From positions 186,188,001 to 186,252,000 of the forward strand of contig NC_058368.1 of assembly GCF_018350175.1 (NCBI RefSeq): 64,000 nucleotides of DNA, read 5' to 3'. Under the pieces are notes generated by a model. The model had not been told where the DNA came from and made no database searches. It saw only the letters and a program-made list of their open reading frames with translations. Origin of the DNA: Felis catus. Its lineage: Eukaryota. The translations under genes and the position numbers were made by a program. Of the stretch, positions 1 through 14,938 are shown piece by piece (within the stretch, counting starts at the first letter, position 1; each line of letters opens with the position of its first letter).

Positions 1-1129
1 TGATAGTGCTTTACTTAATTATTTCCTTGGATGCTGTTAGGATAAAATGAAATGGTAGATATGGAAGTTATTTAAAAAAATTGAGTCACATGCATATTTA
101 TAGCGTGTAGACAAAAGGATAGAAAGGTATTCTTTCCATATCTAGAAAGCAACCATTCACTTCAACAAAGTTGTAGTGAACATTAGGTCCATATAAAGTT
201 GATCCTTTCCTTCCAAGTACTCTAAAATTTGTGTTTTCTAAGTTATGTGTTTCCTAAGTTTCTATGATACCTTTTTAATGGGAACGAGGAATGAAAAATA
301 TCGAGGGAAGAATTCGTATTTTAATATCTGCTCAAAGGGTTATGAAATAGAAATAAGAAAAAAAAATGGTTAGAGTTCTAGGCCACTTAGCCTCTCTAGA
401 CCCATCTCTTCATCTGAAATAAGGATAGGTTGATCAGATGACTATAGAGTCTTTTCTCCCCATCCCCAACTGCCAGGCTTTACATTTTATGGCTACAATG
501 ATTTCTTGGAGATCATGTACTATGTTTCATAAATGGGAGACTTGAGGCTCCTTGGATGAATGTTTAACAAAACTGCTGCCTCCGGTCTGGGAAAATGGTT
601 GTTTCCTCATTCATTTTGACCCTGCAGGGTCGTCCTTAAATAAAGTCATCCAGAGAAGATTTTGAGGATGTCACAATTTCTTTTGGTCTGATGTTCTAAG
701 GATAAAAGATAGTCATTCACAAAGAAGAAATATTCATACTCAGCAAAGCTCACCTAAATTTCCTCTGATCAAATCCATCTAGTAACTTAGGTAAATATGA
801 AGGTTTTAGTCATCACTGTGTACTTAAAAAATGCATTACATATTATTTTGTTATTGTTTTCTGGCCATATTTTCATTACACCTAATGACTAATTATTATA
901 CTTATTTAATTATTATACTTTCTGTATAAGTCATATTTCCATGCCTCTTAATGACTACTATGACTTTTGCATGGGCTCTCCTTAAAGAATTATTTAGGAA
1001 ACATAATGTGGTATAGTAGAATGAGATGGGGGCCATGTCTGTGGTCTAGTTCCAAACTGCTTTCTCTGATATGTCAAGCAGAAATGACCTCTTCTTGCCA
1101 TGTGGCTCTCTTGCACTAACCCTATCACT

Positions 1130-1625
1130 ATTATTGATAGTAATATCTAATATTTATTACATAGTTTTTACATGTCAGGTGCTCTGCTAAGGAGGTCACG
1201 TGCATTTTCTCATTTCAATCTCACAGTAGCTCATGAAGTAGATCCTCTTATTATCTCCAAATAGCACAAGAGAAAAACGAACAGAGAAATGTCTTGCCAA
1301 AGGTCAGGAAGTTAATAAGTGGTAAAACCAGCATTCAAAACTTCACAGCATAATTCCAGAGCCCACACTCTTAAATCCATGATGCACCACATTATAGGAT
1401 TTCACACATGTCTACATTTCCTGTTTCTAGTCATGTGGTTGAGAGCACTCTGCAGCTAGACTACCCAGGTTCAAATCCCAGCTCTGCCAATGCCTTGCTG
1501 TATGACCTAAGAAGAATAGTTAAATCTCCCTGGATTCAATTATGTCCCATCTGTATAATGGTTATAGTAAGAATAATACCTATATCCTGGGATTGTTGTG
1601 ATGATTTGAACAATGGCAAGTGCAG
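1130..1625. mobile_element. Two MIR relics in opposite orientation (~1130-1390 minus, ~1430-1625 plus)
   Basis: MIR core motifs cttgccaaaggtca...gtggtaaaaccagcattcaaa and caggttcaaatcccagctctgcca...catctgtataatgg. Confidence 0.7.
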
Positions 1626-4495
1626 GTTAGCTACTTATATCAATCAACTATGAGCTTCTTGAAGGCAGGAATTATGTGTCCTTCATCTATCTTTTCCAGG
1701 CCCAATTACAATGTCAAACACAGTAAGTGAGCAAATGGCTGAAGGAATTAGTTAATAAATAAATTAATAACATAGGATTGTATTGGATTTGAGAGCTGAC
1801 TGGTCTCATCATTTAGTGTGCCTTTAAGGTTTTTCTCTGCCAGGTGACTAGCTGTACTTCAAACTAAATCTCCAACTTACTTTCTTCTCCAAAATTTTAT
1901 GGCAGACTCCAGAAAAAGATTGTGCTTTAGTGGATTTGTACTGAATTTAAAAATCCAGGGATTGAACTGAACCTCTTATTTCCCCCCTCCTAGGTCACAG
2001 AAAAAGACCACTGAAAAAGACCACTGGTGTTCACATGTGAGTTGGCTCAGGCAAGTAGGGCAACCCCTTCTAAGAGGTGATCTATATTGCTTCTCTCCCC
2101 ACAGAGAAATTTAAGGTAGAAGATGGTTTTTATCTAATCATTCTCAATGTGTGTGCTCTTTCTTGCTATCATTCCTAGTCTTCTGTCAGAAACAGGGAGG
2201 TAACAGCACTCAGTGCCATTTTAACTTACTGTTTTTAGGGTTCCACAAGGATATTTGAAATGCGGGATGGAAGACCTTAGAAAAGATCTTTGTTTCTTCC
2301 CCCACAGAAATCTATCAGGGTGGGTTTTTGATGAGCTAAAGGGGACCCAGAAGAAGTATAGTTCAGTGACTTATCGTGGAGATGAAAATGTACACCAAAC
2401 TGAGCTCCTACATTGGAGAATTTGCTCACTATTTTCCTCGCCTCCCTTTCTCCCATCCCCCAAACAATATCCATTACGGGAATGATAAGAAAAAACTTTT
2501 ATTTGTACAGATAAACTTGCTGTTCTAGCACAGATGAGTACTTTTAATGTACTCAACTTATGAGGTCCAGCCAGCGTGGTGGTGGTAGATTAGGCCACTT
2601 CCTCTCATCTCCTAGCCCCAATTTGTGCCTGTGTATTATTTCTGAATAACTAGAACGTATATAGGCTAAAGCCTGATGAGGCCAGAGAAGTCTCCGAGTT
2701 CATCAGACTAAGCCTTTCACTTTGAAGACATGGAAACTGGTCATAAAGAGGGATGCAGAGACATGTCAAGGTCACTAGCACTAGAAGTAGAGTGGAGATA
2801 CACCTTCCCGTGAGTAATCCTCATGGCTTGTGTATACTTTTACTATTGAATACCTGCATGCCACTGAATTTGGATTATTGTTTTATTCACATCCCTCAGC
2901 CTCCATTCTACTGATATTAGATGGAGAATTTCTAGAGGGAAAGTCCTATGATTATTATTTTCAATGTTCTGGGCTTAAAATACTGATTATTTGGTTTCCA
3001 ATAAATACAAATTAACAACATGAAAGTCAACCCCTGCAGTTACTCTTCCTTGATTATTCTAGGCTGGATACATTTCTTTTTTTATTCATTAATTCAAAAT
3101 ATTTAGTGTCTCCTCTGTTTTAGCTACTATAGTAAATAATAGGGATACAGAAGACAGATATGGTCCCTGCCCTCACAAAATGTTAATCACGGCACTTACC
3201 ACCCATTTTGATAATTATAGTTTATATGTTTGTCTTCCTTTAGATTTCACATTCCATGACAGCAAGATCTCTGCCTTGTCTGTCATCGACTCTCCAGTGC
3301 CTGCCACAATATCCAAATAGCATTCGATTTTTAAAAGTAAACACTGCTCATTTTAGTATGTTTTCTCACTTGTGAAGAAAAAAACATTTTCACTATTTTC
3401 CATGTTATGGAATATCTTCAAGACTATAGCAATAACTACTACATACCATTTTGAGTATTTACTATATGTAGCACTCTGTTTAATGTTTTATATTATCTCA
3501 TCTTTAATGCAAAATTATAGAATCACCACTTCTTAGAAGACACCAGAGTTTCTAATTGGATACAGGACTTTCCCAAAGTCACCAGGCTTCTATGTGGCAG
3601 GACCAAGATTTGAGTCTACCTATTTCTCACTGCAAAGTTGAAAACTTTATACTATGCCACATGTATTTTTAATGTTGGCAAAACTGAGGAGCAATTTTCT
3701 CCATTTTTCAAAACAAGAAACATAAACATTTGAATTTACAGATTAGCCATGGTTTCTATAAAGTAAGCAAAAGGCAGATACCATTAAGCAGGAATTTTCC
3801 AATAACCAGAATAAGATATATTGACCTATTACATGAACATGTTAGAATTATCAGGGTCCTAATATAAAGCCTGAAACATAAGGAAGAAATTTTTCTTAGA
3901 AAATCAGCACTTCTACCCTTACATATTACCAAATTGCATTTTTTAGAAATTACAAATCAAAGTGAATGAACTAATTTAAAATTTTAAAGACAACTATAAA
4001 CTTGTTAAGTCTTCAATAGTTGAGCATAACTAAAAGTATTAGGATTGAGGGAGGGTTAAAATCCAAACTTTATAATTTTCCAGCCTGATGATCACATTAC
4101 ATTTAGTCATAAAATGGATATTTATATAACTAAACTCTTAATTTCTTGAAGCAACTTTAAAAGTTTAAAGTTTTGGGTCCAGCTGCTTAATAGTTATCTG
4201 ATCTAGTTCTCAGTATTCTGTTGGTAAAGCAGTTACAATACTAAGAAGAATGGTACCTCACCTACTTTTAATTCCAAAGTGAAGTGGTCAGTAATGTAAT
4301 TATGTTTCTGTGGAATTTAGCTGTGGAAGATCCATCGCTGGAGACATGAATGGATAGGTTTATGTTGAAGAAATTGACTTTTGGTATCATATGTGTAGAG
4401 GTCACTGCTACAAATGCACGAAGATTCATCGAATCATGGCAATAAATTGGGCGTAGATGATATTAATAGCTAACACCTATTAAGAATTTTTTCAT

Positions 4496-4718
4496 GGGGC
4501 ACCTGGGTGGCTCAGTTGGTTAAGAGTCTGACGTCAGCTCAGGTCATGATCTTGTGGTTTGTGAGTTTGAGCCCCGTATCGGGCTATGTGCTGACAGCTC
4601 AGGGTCTGGAGCCTGCTTCAGATTCTGGGTCTCCCTCTCTTTCTGCCCCTCCCCCACTCATGCTCTGTCTCTCTCTGTCTCTCAAAAAATAAGTAAACAT
4701 TAAAAAAATTTTAAAAAA
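4496..4718 (+). mobile_element. Can-SINE (SINEC_Fc-like)
   Basis: ggggcacctgggtggctcagttggttaag head, CT-rich segment, A-rich tail. Confidence 0.93.
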
Positions 4719-5062
4719 AGATTTTTTATGTGCCAGAAAATATCATAAGCACTCTTTATGGATTTAATTTATTTCTTCCACAATCATCAGGTAAGGTAGG
4801 AGTAAGAATTTAATCCATACATTCTTCCCCAGAAGTTCACATTCCTAAATACTCTGCTACCCTGATCACATAGAACCAGTACCTTATTTTGCCAACAAAG
4901 AAACAGAGGCCAAAAGACGTTAAATGCTGAATCCAAGGGCAAAACTCTGTAGAGTGTATACTATAAACTCGCTTAATTGGTCCTGGTTTAGCAGAATTTC
5001 TTGTTTCTATATGTGTTATTGAAGACCTTACTGAATTCTCACATTCTCACAAAAACTGCTTA

Positions 5063-5284
<222 letters not shown>

Positions 5285-6389
5285 CTACTTTCATTCTCCT
5301 AATTATTTGGTGAGTCCTATCAGTTTCATATTTTCTATTGCATGGTTGCAGAGGGCAGGCCAGGAAAGGAGAGCCCATATCCCTTAGTTTAGAACACTAA
5401 AACACATTTTCCTGATTTGTTCAGTCATCTGTTCACTCTTACAACAAATGGTTATTAAGCATCTACAAAAGACAAAGTGCCTTACTGAAAATATGCTACT
5501 GAACATAACTAACAAGGTTCCCTACCGCTGTGACAGTAATGGGGACAAAAACAGATAAGCTAGTAAACATATAACTTCAAGTAGTGTTAAATGCAATAAA
5601 ACCATTCACAATAGGTAAGAGGGTAGAGAATGCACTTATTTTAGGTGAAAGACTCAGAGAGGGTCATTGTGGAAATGACAATTATATGCATGACAGAAAT
5701 GAGAGTAGGCTATATAAGTCTTGGGGAAGAGTTTGATAGATAAATGAACATTTTTTTTTCCTCTGGTGCAGGTAAAAGCATGATATATTTGAGTAAGAAC
5801 AGGAATACCAATATGGGCAGAGCTGAAGTCCATATGAGATGACATAAGGCTAGAGGTAGTAGCCTGGGTCCAGATTATGTCTGGCCAGCAGAAGGTCATG
5901 ATAAATGTAAAAAGTAACACTGGAAATTTTACTGAACATCTGTTTCTAAAGGAAGTCTGATTTTACTTCTTTTTACATTAATTCTCCTTTTAATAGATAT
6001 TTACTATGACAATGATGATGTTGATGAGTGACACCATTTAGGTCATTACACTTCTCAATTGTTTTCATTTACCATATCAGTTTTAACCTAGTCATCCTTC
6101 TATATGAGAAGCTAGGTCAAAATCCTGATTCATTACTCAGGAAAGTTGGGGGGAAGAATTGTACAGAATAAGTGAGAAGAAGAAGAGATTCCATAGTTTT
6201 TCTGGTGGTCACAGACACCCACTATACATAGGGTGGAAAGATAGTACACACTTTCCTCTCTTGAGATGTAGAGTGATATTAAACATTAAAAGACTATTAG
6301 ATTAGCAAAAGCAAAGGTTCCAGGGTGATTGAGAGGCAGATATGTTGGCAAAAGTTGGCTTTACTGTAAAAGCTTTATCCCTTACCCAA

Positions 6390-6652
6390 TTTCTGCATTA
6401 GGCACGGTAGACAAAATGCCCGGAGTCCACAATACCTTCAGGTGGACAAATAATGTTTTAATTTCTTTTAAAATCAGAAAAAAAGTGATCCCATTTGGGT
6501 TTTATTAATCTTTATACAAATATAGCCTTCAAATATAAAAGTTAAAAATATAAAATTATAAATCAAAGTATAGTTTTAATATACATTTTTTGAGGAATTG
6601 TTCAAAAAAGGCAAACATGCCCAGAGCCCATAAAAGTCATAATGCATCCCTG
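6390..6652. mobile_element. hAT-Tip100-type MITE (ORSL-like)
   Basis: taggcacggtagacaaaatgcc...aatgttttaatttcttttaaaatcagaa...gcccataaaagtcataatgcatccctg terminus. Confidence 0.5.
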
Positions 6653-7174
6653 CCTTACCCATCCCCTCCCATCCCAAGGTAACCAAACTTGGGTGTGTTT
6701 TTTTTCAAATCTTTATTTGTCCAAACTCAAATATTATGAGATATGAAGTGATCACTGCATTTTTACACACACGTGAAGCTGCCATAAAAAAGATGCGAGC
6801 CGTGCCCTCATTCTCTGAACAAAAGCTTTGTTCTGTCTCTGGGATGAGTTTTGCAGAAGGTGCAGTCAATATTAGTATTAGTATTCTCCTAATTTTACAT
6901 GGGTACCCCATCTGCTCCAGCATTACTTCTGGACAGATTGATAGTCAAGTTCAAGTATATTTTTTATCAAATTTTCCAGGAGTTTGAGAGAATATACTAG
7001 AAATTAATTTAGTGTTTATTGCTTCTTTCATAAATATGTAAGACTGATAAATGAATAGTTTTGGAATCTGTTCTCACTGATTTTTCTTTTTTAATTGTGG
7101 CTGTCCTCATTGACTTTTTTCATGGCACTAGTCTTGTATGTATGTACGTATATATGTACGTATATATGTGTGTG

Positions 7175-7300
7175 TGTATTTATTCACAGCTTTATTAAGG
7201 TATAATTGACAAAAATGTAAGACATTTAAAGTGTACAATATGAGGATTTGATATACATATGCATTGTGAAATAATTCCTACCATTGAGTTAACACATCTC
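7175..7300 (-). mobile_element. L1 3' end fragment (L1MA/MB-like)
   Basis: cagctttattaaggtataattgac...tttaaagtgtacaatatg...catatgcattgtgaaat. Confidence 0.7.
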
Positions 7301-8129
7301 ATTGACTTAAAAATGTTTTGAATCATTTTAGCATTGCATTTGTTAGAGAGGAGGATTGCATTTGTTAATAGCATCTGAAACATGATTTATTTTTATAAAA
7401 TCCCTCAAAGAGTGCAGAGCACATTAGTTTGAGAACCATATTGCTTACAATTTGTAGGTACCTATATTCAGTAAAATATTTTTCTGATCGTGATAAAATT
7501 TTTTAATGGGCCTTATCTAAGAAGACATATCAAGTTTATGATAACAAAGAATCATTGATTGTTAATATGGAAGGACTTTAGAGGTGATATAGCTTATCTC
7601 ATTTTATAGATGATAGACCGAAGCACAGAAACTGTGAATGACTTGTTTAAGGGTGCATAGCTGTATAGTGGGAAAACCGAAGTAAGAGCATAGGATGACA
7701 TCCATTCTACTCCAGTGCTATTGATAAAGATATTCTAGGCAAAAACTGTATATTAGATGCTTAAAATCCAAGTAAGGATACTTGTTGGTCAAGTAATTAG
7801 GGATGAAACCAATTATACACTTTCTGTCATTTCATAACTAATAAAAAAAACTATTGCTACTGTATTACACTAGCATTAGCAACAGTGCCTGGACTCCCTA
7901 TTTTTTTGTACCTCATCATGTGTTGCCAATGGGCTACTAATATAATTTTAGAGGAAAAGATCTGTTACCATTGACTTCTCATGTCATATAATTCCATGTC
8001 TGATTCTTGCAACTTCTTAGAAACTCCATTGTGCACAAAATCTACAATAAACATGACATTGTTGTGAAAGTGGAGATTACTTATTGTTCATGTCTCTCAG
8101 TGGAAATCTCCCAAAATGCAGAGTAGATC

Positions 8130-8275
8130 CACATGGTGAAATGGATGATGGGGATTAAGGAGGCCACTGTGAGGAGCACCGAGTGTTTTATGGAAGTGTG
8201 GAATGACTATATTGTACACCTGAATACATTACACTGTATGCTAACTAACTGGAATTTAATAAAAATTTTAAAAAT
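8130..8275 (+). mobile_element. L1 3' end fragment (carnivore type)
   Basis: ggggattaaggag...gagcaccgagtg...tattgtacacctgaa...cactgtatgctaactaactggaatttaa plus an A-rich tail. Confidence 0.75.
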
Positions 8276-8827
8276 GGCATTTTAAGATGTAAAAGACAGA
8301 TATACATAAGGCATCATAATAGGTAATATACCTTATTTCTTCATTTCAGTATCTAGTAGAAAGTAGGTCTATGAAAACTTCCTTCCTTTGAGACTATTCA
8401 GCAAAGAGAAAAGAAGCTTAAAGAGAACCTTCAGCTATTTAGTCAAAATGTTAAGCTCAGATTTCAAATAAATGAGCAGATTACCTAAGAAAAATTTAAA
8501 ATATAAGACAAAAAGTTTTGGTTGGGGTTATGAAAGAACTTTCTGGGGCTACAGCACTGGAAGCATAGACTTGGTATCAGAAGAGCAGCTACTTATAGAC
8601 ACTATCACTTTACATTTAGGAGCCTTCACCTCTCCATTTGTATGAAGCAGGTGCACTGAATAATTTCTAAAGTTATTTGTTGTTCAGAATTCACTTACAT
8701 TCCTACTTATCCCGCTGTCCTTATTTACAAAGCACTGTGCTTGATAGTCAGGGAACCATCACTTATCAAGTCCTTTCTAGATCTAGCACTTGCTTAGATA
8801 TTCTTTTCAGAATATAACCTGAATCTC

Positions 8828-9042
8828 TTATTTTAATTTTTTAAAGGTTTATTTATATTTGAGAGAGACAGAGAGAGTGCAAGCAGTGGAAGGGCGGGGG
8901 GGGGGGGGGCGGGGGCAGAGGATCCAAACTGGGCTCTGAGCTGACAATGCAAAGCCTGACGTGGGGCTCGAGCTCATCAACCATGAGATCATGATCTGAG
9001 CTGAAGTCAGAAGCTCAACCAACTAAGCCACCCAGCCAGCCC
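8828..9042 (-). mobile_element. Can-SINE
   Basis: Reverse tRNA-like head ending ~9042; TSD-like cctgaatctctt / cctgagtctctt; internal poly-G expansion. Confidence 0.9.
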
Positions 9043-10079
9043 TGAGTCTCTTCTTTTAGTATCAAAGCCCCATTTATATTTTCCTCAAAATGCAGTTAAA
9101 AGATGTCAGCTGGAGCATGCATGTTGTCTTCTGGTCATCTGGCCTTATGAAGAGGGCTCTATCCCCAATAAGCAAAAAAGGGGACGTAACACTGACAATC
9201 AGGGTCTAATGGAGAGTGGTAAGGAAAAACATCTGCTTTTCTGAGCTTAGTTCTTATCAACATATGGATGAGGTTGCCCTGGATGCTTCATAGACATAGA
9301 TTACTTAGTGTTCTACTAAATTATTACCAAATCCTCTATCCTATCTCTTGCTTATTCTCTTCTCTGACATTTTGGCAAGACATTTGCTTCAAAAACTGGG
9401 TCAAAGCAATTTTAGCACACTTTTGCCTCAGTTTCTTCATTTCAGAAGTGTGCTGACTAGGCCAGGTCAGAGAACTAACCATACAATAAATCAACCACCG
9501 CGGCTTCTCAAGCCAATGGCAGGCAACAGTAATTAGTCATGGTGCTCTCCCACTGAGCTCCAATGCTTACCTTTCAGTGTCAAGTCTTTTCTGTTTCTTT
9601 AATTCCCCACAGGCCTTAAATTGGCTATCTTTTCTGAGACTTAAACATTGAAGGGGCATTTTAAACCTGATTGTTATAATTTTTATCCATTCAATAAATA
9701 TTTACTGAATGTCTCCATTATATCAGGCTCTGTGCTAGGAAATGCTGAAAAAAAAATAGACTGTGCTCTAATGGAGTTTACAGTCCCCAGACAATAAAAA
9801 TGTCAACCAATAAATAAAACTAATAATTATTGCTGTAATACATCTAAATTAAATATGTATTGTAATCAAGAAGACTGGCAGGACTGTATGTAAATTTAGA
9901 TAAGGTCATTAGGGAAGGCCCTAGGAAATGTCATTTATACTGAGAAGTGGAAAAATAAAAGAAGCCAGTCCCATTAAGAACCAAGGGAAGAGTAACCCAA
10001 ATAGAGAAAAGAGTATGTAAAAAGGCTCTGAGGTGGAAAACAGATTTTTATTTTTCTTACACAAGACACTATTTGTTTT

Positions 10080-10770
10080 CTACTCACTATCCATTTCTCC
10101 CTTCCTAAAATGCCTCCTATTTTCTTCTTAAGTAGGCTGACAATGTGCCTACTTAAGAATATTTCTTCCCAGCCTAATTTGCAGTTAGCATGGGCAATGG
10201 GACACATCTTTGATTAATGAGATGTAAGCAAATGCCTGCTAAGATTTTAGGGAAAGCTTTTATCTTTTTGATACAGGTGCTAGTTCTTTCTTCTTTGTCC
10301 ACTGTTCTTTGTTTTTAAAGCAGATGCAATGACTAGAGTTGCGGCAGCCATTTTGTGATCAGGAAGAACATCTAAGGGCATCTTAAAACATCATCCTTGG
10401 GGTGCCTGGGTGGCACAGTCGGTTAAGCGTCCGACTTCAGCCAGGTCACGATCTCGCAGTCTGTGAGTTCGAGCCCCGCATCGGGCTCTGGGCTGATGGC
10501 TCGGAGCCTGGAGCCTGTTTCCGATTCTGTGTCTCCCTCTCTCTGCCCCTCCCCCATTCATGCTCTGTCTCTCTCTGTCCCAAAAATAAATAAACGTTGA
10601 AAAAAAAAAAATAAAAAAACAAACAAACAAACAAAAAAAAACATCATCCTTGTTGAGATGCTGACTAACCAATAATCAACCAACAATCACTTACCTTAAT
10701 TCATCTCATATAAAAATATAAACTATTTTTTCAGCTATACAAACTGCTTGAAAACATTCCTGACTAATAT
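10080..10770. mobile_element. MLT1-type (MaLR) solo LTR relic
   Basis: Recalled MLT1J/K-like motifs: ttcccagcct..ttgcagttag, aatgagatgtaagc, gcggcagccattttgtga, cattcctgactaata. Confidence 0.6.
10399..10637 (+). mobile_element. Young SINEC_Fc inserted into an MLT1 LTR
   Basis: Near-consensus felid SINE with a perfect 15-bp TSD aaaacatcatccttg (10385-10399, 10638-10652). Confidence 0.96.
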
Positions 10771-10774
10771 ACTA

Positions 10775-10900
10775 AACAAGTAATTTATTGTCCAAGACAA
10801 GGTATTTCTGAAGGTAAAAGGGGGCACTATTAGTAGTTATGCCATGATATTAGGCATAAAATAAGTATAGTCCCAGGAAAACTATAATGAATGATTTTCC
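10775..10900. mobile_element. hAT MITE (MER81-like)
   Basis: aaaagggggcactattagtagttatgcc...ggcataaa...gtcccagg resembles the recalled MER81 consensus. Confidence 0.5.
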
Positions 10901-11764
10901 TAACTATAAGATTATTTTGTGGATTAGATGAACTGATACATATTCAAATGTTTAATATACTATCTGACATACAAGTAACACATAAAACATCATATTATTG
11001 TTAAAAATGAAAGTGGTAACCAAGAGAAAACATAGTAGTCCATAACATAGAATATACATTAAATTGGGGAAAGAGTGGGAAGGGGAGGGTTACCACCAAA
11101 GGCCTATTTGGCTGACAATTTTTTAAGTAGTTTGTCCTTGGGTTTCAGTAGGGAATTAGATTTATAAATAGAGACACTTGTCTCTCCATGAGGAGTGCTG
11201 CTAGGAGCCTGAAGGCCCTTTGCTATTTTCTTTGCTTGCTGTCTTCCTACACTACCCCTATTTTTTTTTCTATGAATCATATCTTCACCAAAATAGTTGC
11301 TTAGACTGTCTGTCTAGTGGGAACAGAAAGCTGGTTAGGTAGTCCAGCAGTTGACTCAGTATTTGTAAGTAACTCTCCTGCAGGAAACCAGGAATACACT
11401 GGTCTCACTCACTTTCTGCGTGTGTGCTATTCAAAGCAGAAGGATAAAGGAGGACCAGAGAACCTGACTCCATTGGCCAAGGTTCTCTTGGCTCCTCTGA
11501 TGTGTGCCTGCATATTTTCAAATAGCAGAAGCCCAGACAATTATCATAAAGGTATCTAGGATACCTCCAAAAGCATTAATAGACACATGGATTTCATGGT
11601 ATATCCAAACAGACCTAGAAGTCTTCTAAAGACTATGATTAGGGTAAGTTCTTTTCTGGCAATATATTTTTTTTTTTTTGGTGTAGGCTTCATTATTAAG
11701 AAAAAAGTACCATCTGTTGCTGCCACCTACCAATATTTCTATCTGATAAACAATGTGCAATATT

Positions 11765-11980
11765 ATTTTTAAAAATTTTTTAATGTTTATTTTTGAGAGA
11801 GAGAGAGAGAGAGAGAGAGAGCAGGGGAGGGGCAGAGACATAGAGACACAGAATCCAAAGCAGTCTCCAGGCTCTGAACTGTCAGCACAGAACCCAACGC
11901 AGGGCTCAAACTCACAAACTGTGAGATCATGACCCAAGCTGAAGTCGAATGCTTAACGAACTGAGTCACCCAGGTGCCCC
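11765..11980 (-). mobile_element. Can-SINE
   Basis: T-rich tail, (GA)n, head ...ctgagtcacccaggtgcccc. Confidence 0.93.
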
Positions 11981-12370
11981 ACAACTTGCAATATTCTTAA
12001 GGTTAAACAAATGTCATCAATGATGCAAAATAAACATAATGATCTCCATTTATTGGAAGGAAGATATTATATATGGGGTAAAAACATCCATACTCCTCTT
12101 GTTTTTCTATTAATACAACTTTAACAAAAGTAGAATTTTTCTAATTAATTAAATCCATTCTTTCTCATTGAGGAGATAGGGAATAATGTCTTCCTGAAAT
12201 AACATTAAAAATGAAATAAAAGATTATTACTTATAGAAAGTACTTGCAGCAAATAGCTACTTAAACTTTCTTCATGCTCTTTACATTTCTAACAGACATT
12301 ATTAACTGCAGCTTTCTTTACTAAAGATGTAGGTCTCTCATAAGAATAAATAAAAATTAAAAGAAATTTA

Positions 12371-12466
<96 letters not shown>

Positions 12467-14165
12467 TTAAAGAAAACAGCAGAAATAAACAAGAGCCCTA
12501 TAGATTAGATACTTTCTGATAAGTACAAATGGTGTGTTACTAACTATAGCAAATATATTAACAAAGCAAGAGAGGCCCACACAAACTGCAGCACTATTCT
12601 GAGCTATTAATGAAAAGATCTAAAAGGAATTATTTACAACAATGACTGGATGACACCAGATTTTGTATGATGAGCAAGAATTGTTACTGTTTCCCAAGAC
12701 AAGGATCATCACCTCATCCATTAAACCCAGCAAATATTTGGAGACTAAAATTAAATGTAAGCAAATAAATGCTGGTATAAGACTTGGTGGAGAAGACATG
12801 GGTGGTGAGGAAGAGAAGAGAATGCTTTCTCTCCTCAGTGCAGCTCTCCCTATCTCCTTCCATCTCCTTCCCAAAAAAGCACCAAATGCATAAACCAACA
12901 AAGGAGTAGGTAAAGGAGGAAATGTCTGCAGGCTTTGTGAGATTGACAATAACATAGAGTCTCCTTGAGATTTTGCATGTGATCTCACTATATTCCAACC
13001 ATTTCATTTTCTTTACAAATCTACTGACTAATGGAAGCCAGGACTCTGCTGTGCTTCTCTTTAGTTCCTATCTTCAGAGAATATGAATTCTATTTATGTT
13101 TGAAAAAGGGTAAAGAAAAAATTTCACTGAAATATGTTTGATCTTGTTTGGTGGGAATTATGAAGGGATTTATGGTTTTTATAAAATATATTTACCCATA
13201 TTATTAAGTAGCTCAAGAAATGTGGTCACAATGGCTTTAAAGCCAGTAAACTCATTAAGTGATTATAATACTGACTGAAGCAAATATGAAATGGGTAAAT
13301 TAATGATTAAACTCACATTTTAAAATTAAACTATTAAGGAAAGTGATAACATATTAGCAAAGGTGGTGAGAAATTTATGAGATGGGAGATACAGTCTAGT
13401 TATTGATGAAGAAAACTGAATATATCAGAAATCATTAATTGGTAAACTTATCAGATATGCAAGTCCTGCCCTAAAAGAGTGCCAACTTGGAGGAATAAAT
13501 ACTAAACTTAGGCTCAAAAACAAGATATTTTACAAGGGGAGAATATTTCAAGTTTCAATTATAAATAGATCCTATTGGATGATCTGGAAAGGTCTCAACA
13601 CATCTGTCCACTGATCTTCTATTTTCTTTCTTTCTTTTCTTTTCTTTTTTTTTTGTGAGATTTTTTTTTTCATTCTTTAAGTCCTATTATACGTTTACTA
13701 GTTGAATCCAACATCTAAAATGGCTCTTGAAGCATTTTATTTTTCTTTCTTTTCCATTTGGATATTTTTGTATAAAAAGGTAGGAATTCTGGCAGCTTTC
13801 TTCAAAAGCAAAATATCACTCTATTCCCATGCTAAACAAACTCCGTCAAGTCCAGGATTTTGCCTCCGTTACCTTTTCATGACAAAGGAATAATTGGACA
13901 GTCTGAATTACCAAGTACTGTTCAGATCTATAAAAACAACATTCTAACAAGTCACTTGGGTATGAAATCACTGCTTCCCTTAAGAATGAGTTCTGGACAA
14001 TTTTTAATTTCTCATGAATTAGCAGTATTCTAAACATTTTTTCTTTAAAAATATTCACAACTTTTTTGATTCATGTTTCCTTCATTCAATCATGAATGAA
14101 TGAATGGTATCCAGCTGCTGGATTTTCAGTAATCTCAAAATGAGGGAAATGTTTATAAAGCAGAA

Positions 14166-14174
<9 letters not shown>

Positions 14175-14220
<46 letters not shown>
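14175..14220. repeat. (TA)n microsatellite
   Basis: About 23 perfect TA units. Confidence 0.95.
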
Positions 14221-14223
<3 letters not shown>

Positions 14224-14716
14224 GTATCATTGTAAATTCTTCTAAATGTATACCTTCACATGAATCTATAGTTTTTAAGACCCTTCTGCTGTCCTAATTT
14301 TTCCCCTTCCTTTTATTCCCTTTCCCCCCTCTTTTTTTAAGTAGAAAAACTTTCAGATATATACTTTGAGATAGCTTCTAGAAATTTAATCTAGACTTTA
14401 CTGGGATGCAGGAATATATGGGATTAATAGCAGGGGAAGAATTTCCTTATACTGAATTAGAGTATGTTGGAGAGATATATCACTTAGTATACATTATAAT
14501 TTTTTTCCCATTTTATCTAATCATTTTATTTAACACCTCAATACTTGCATAATATTTCAGTCAATTTATTTCTCACAACAGAGTAATTATTAAAGTTGTA
14601 GAATAGGGCAGACAGGAAACGAGACACTCTACCATGGCCCACTGGCTTCATGATCACATATATATGGAAGAGAAAGAAGTTCAGAAAGAGACCCAAACAG
14701 AACACAGTCATCCTTA

Positions 14717-14938
<222 letters not shown>

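Noticed and set aside
10399..10480. tRNA-like sequences with A/B boxes
   Set aside because: These are tRNA-derived SINE heads that continue into a SINE body and poly-A tail with TSDs, not tRNA genes.
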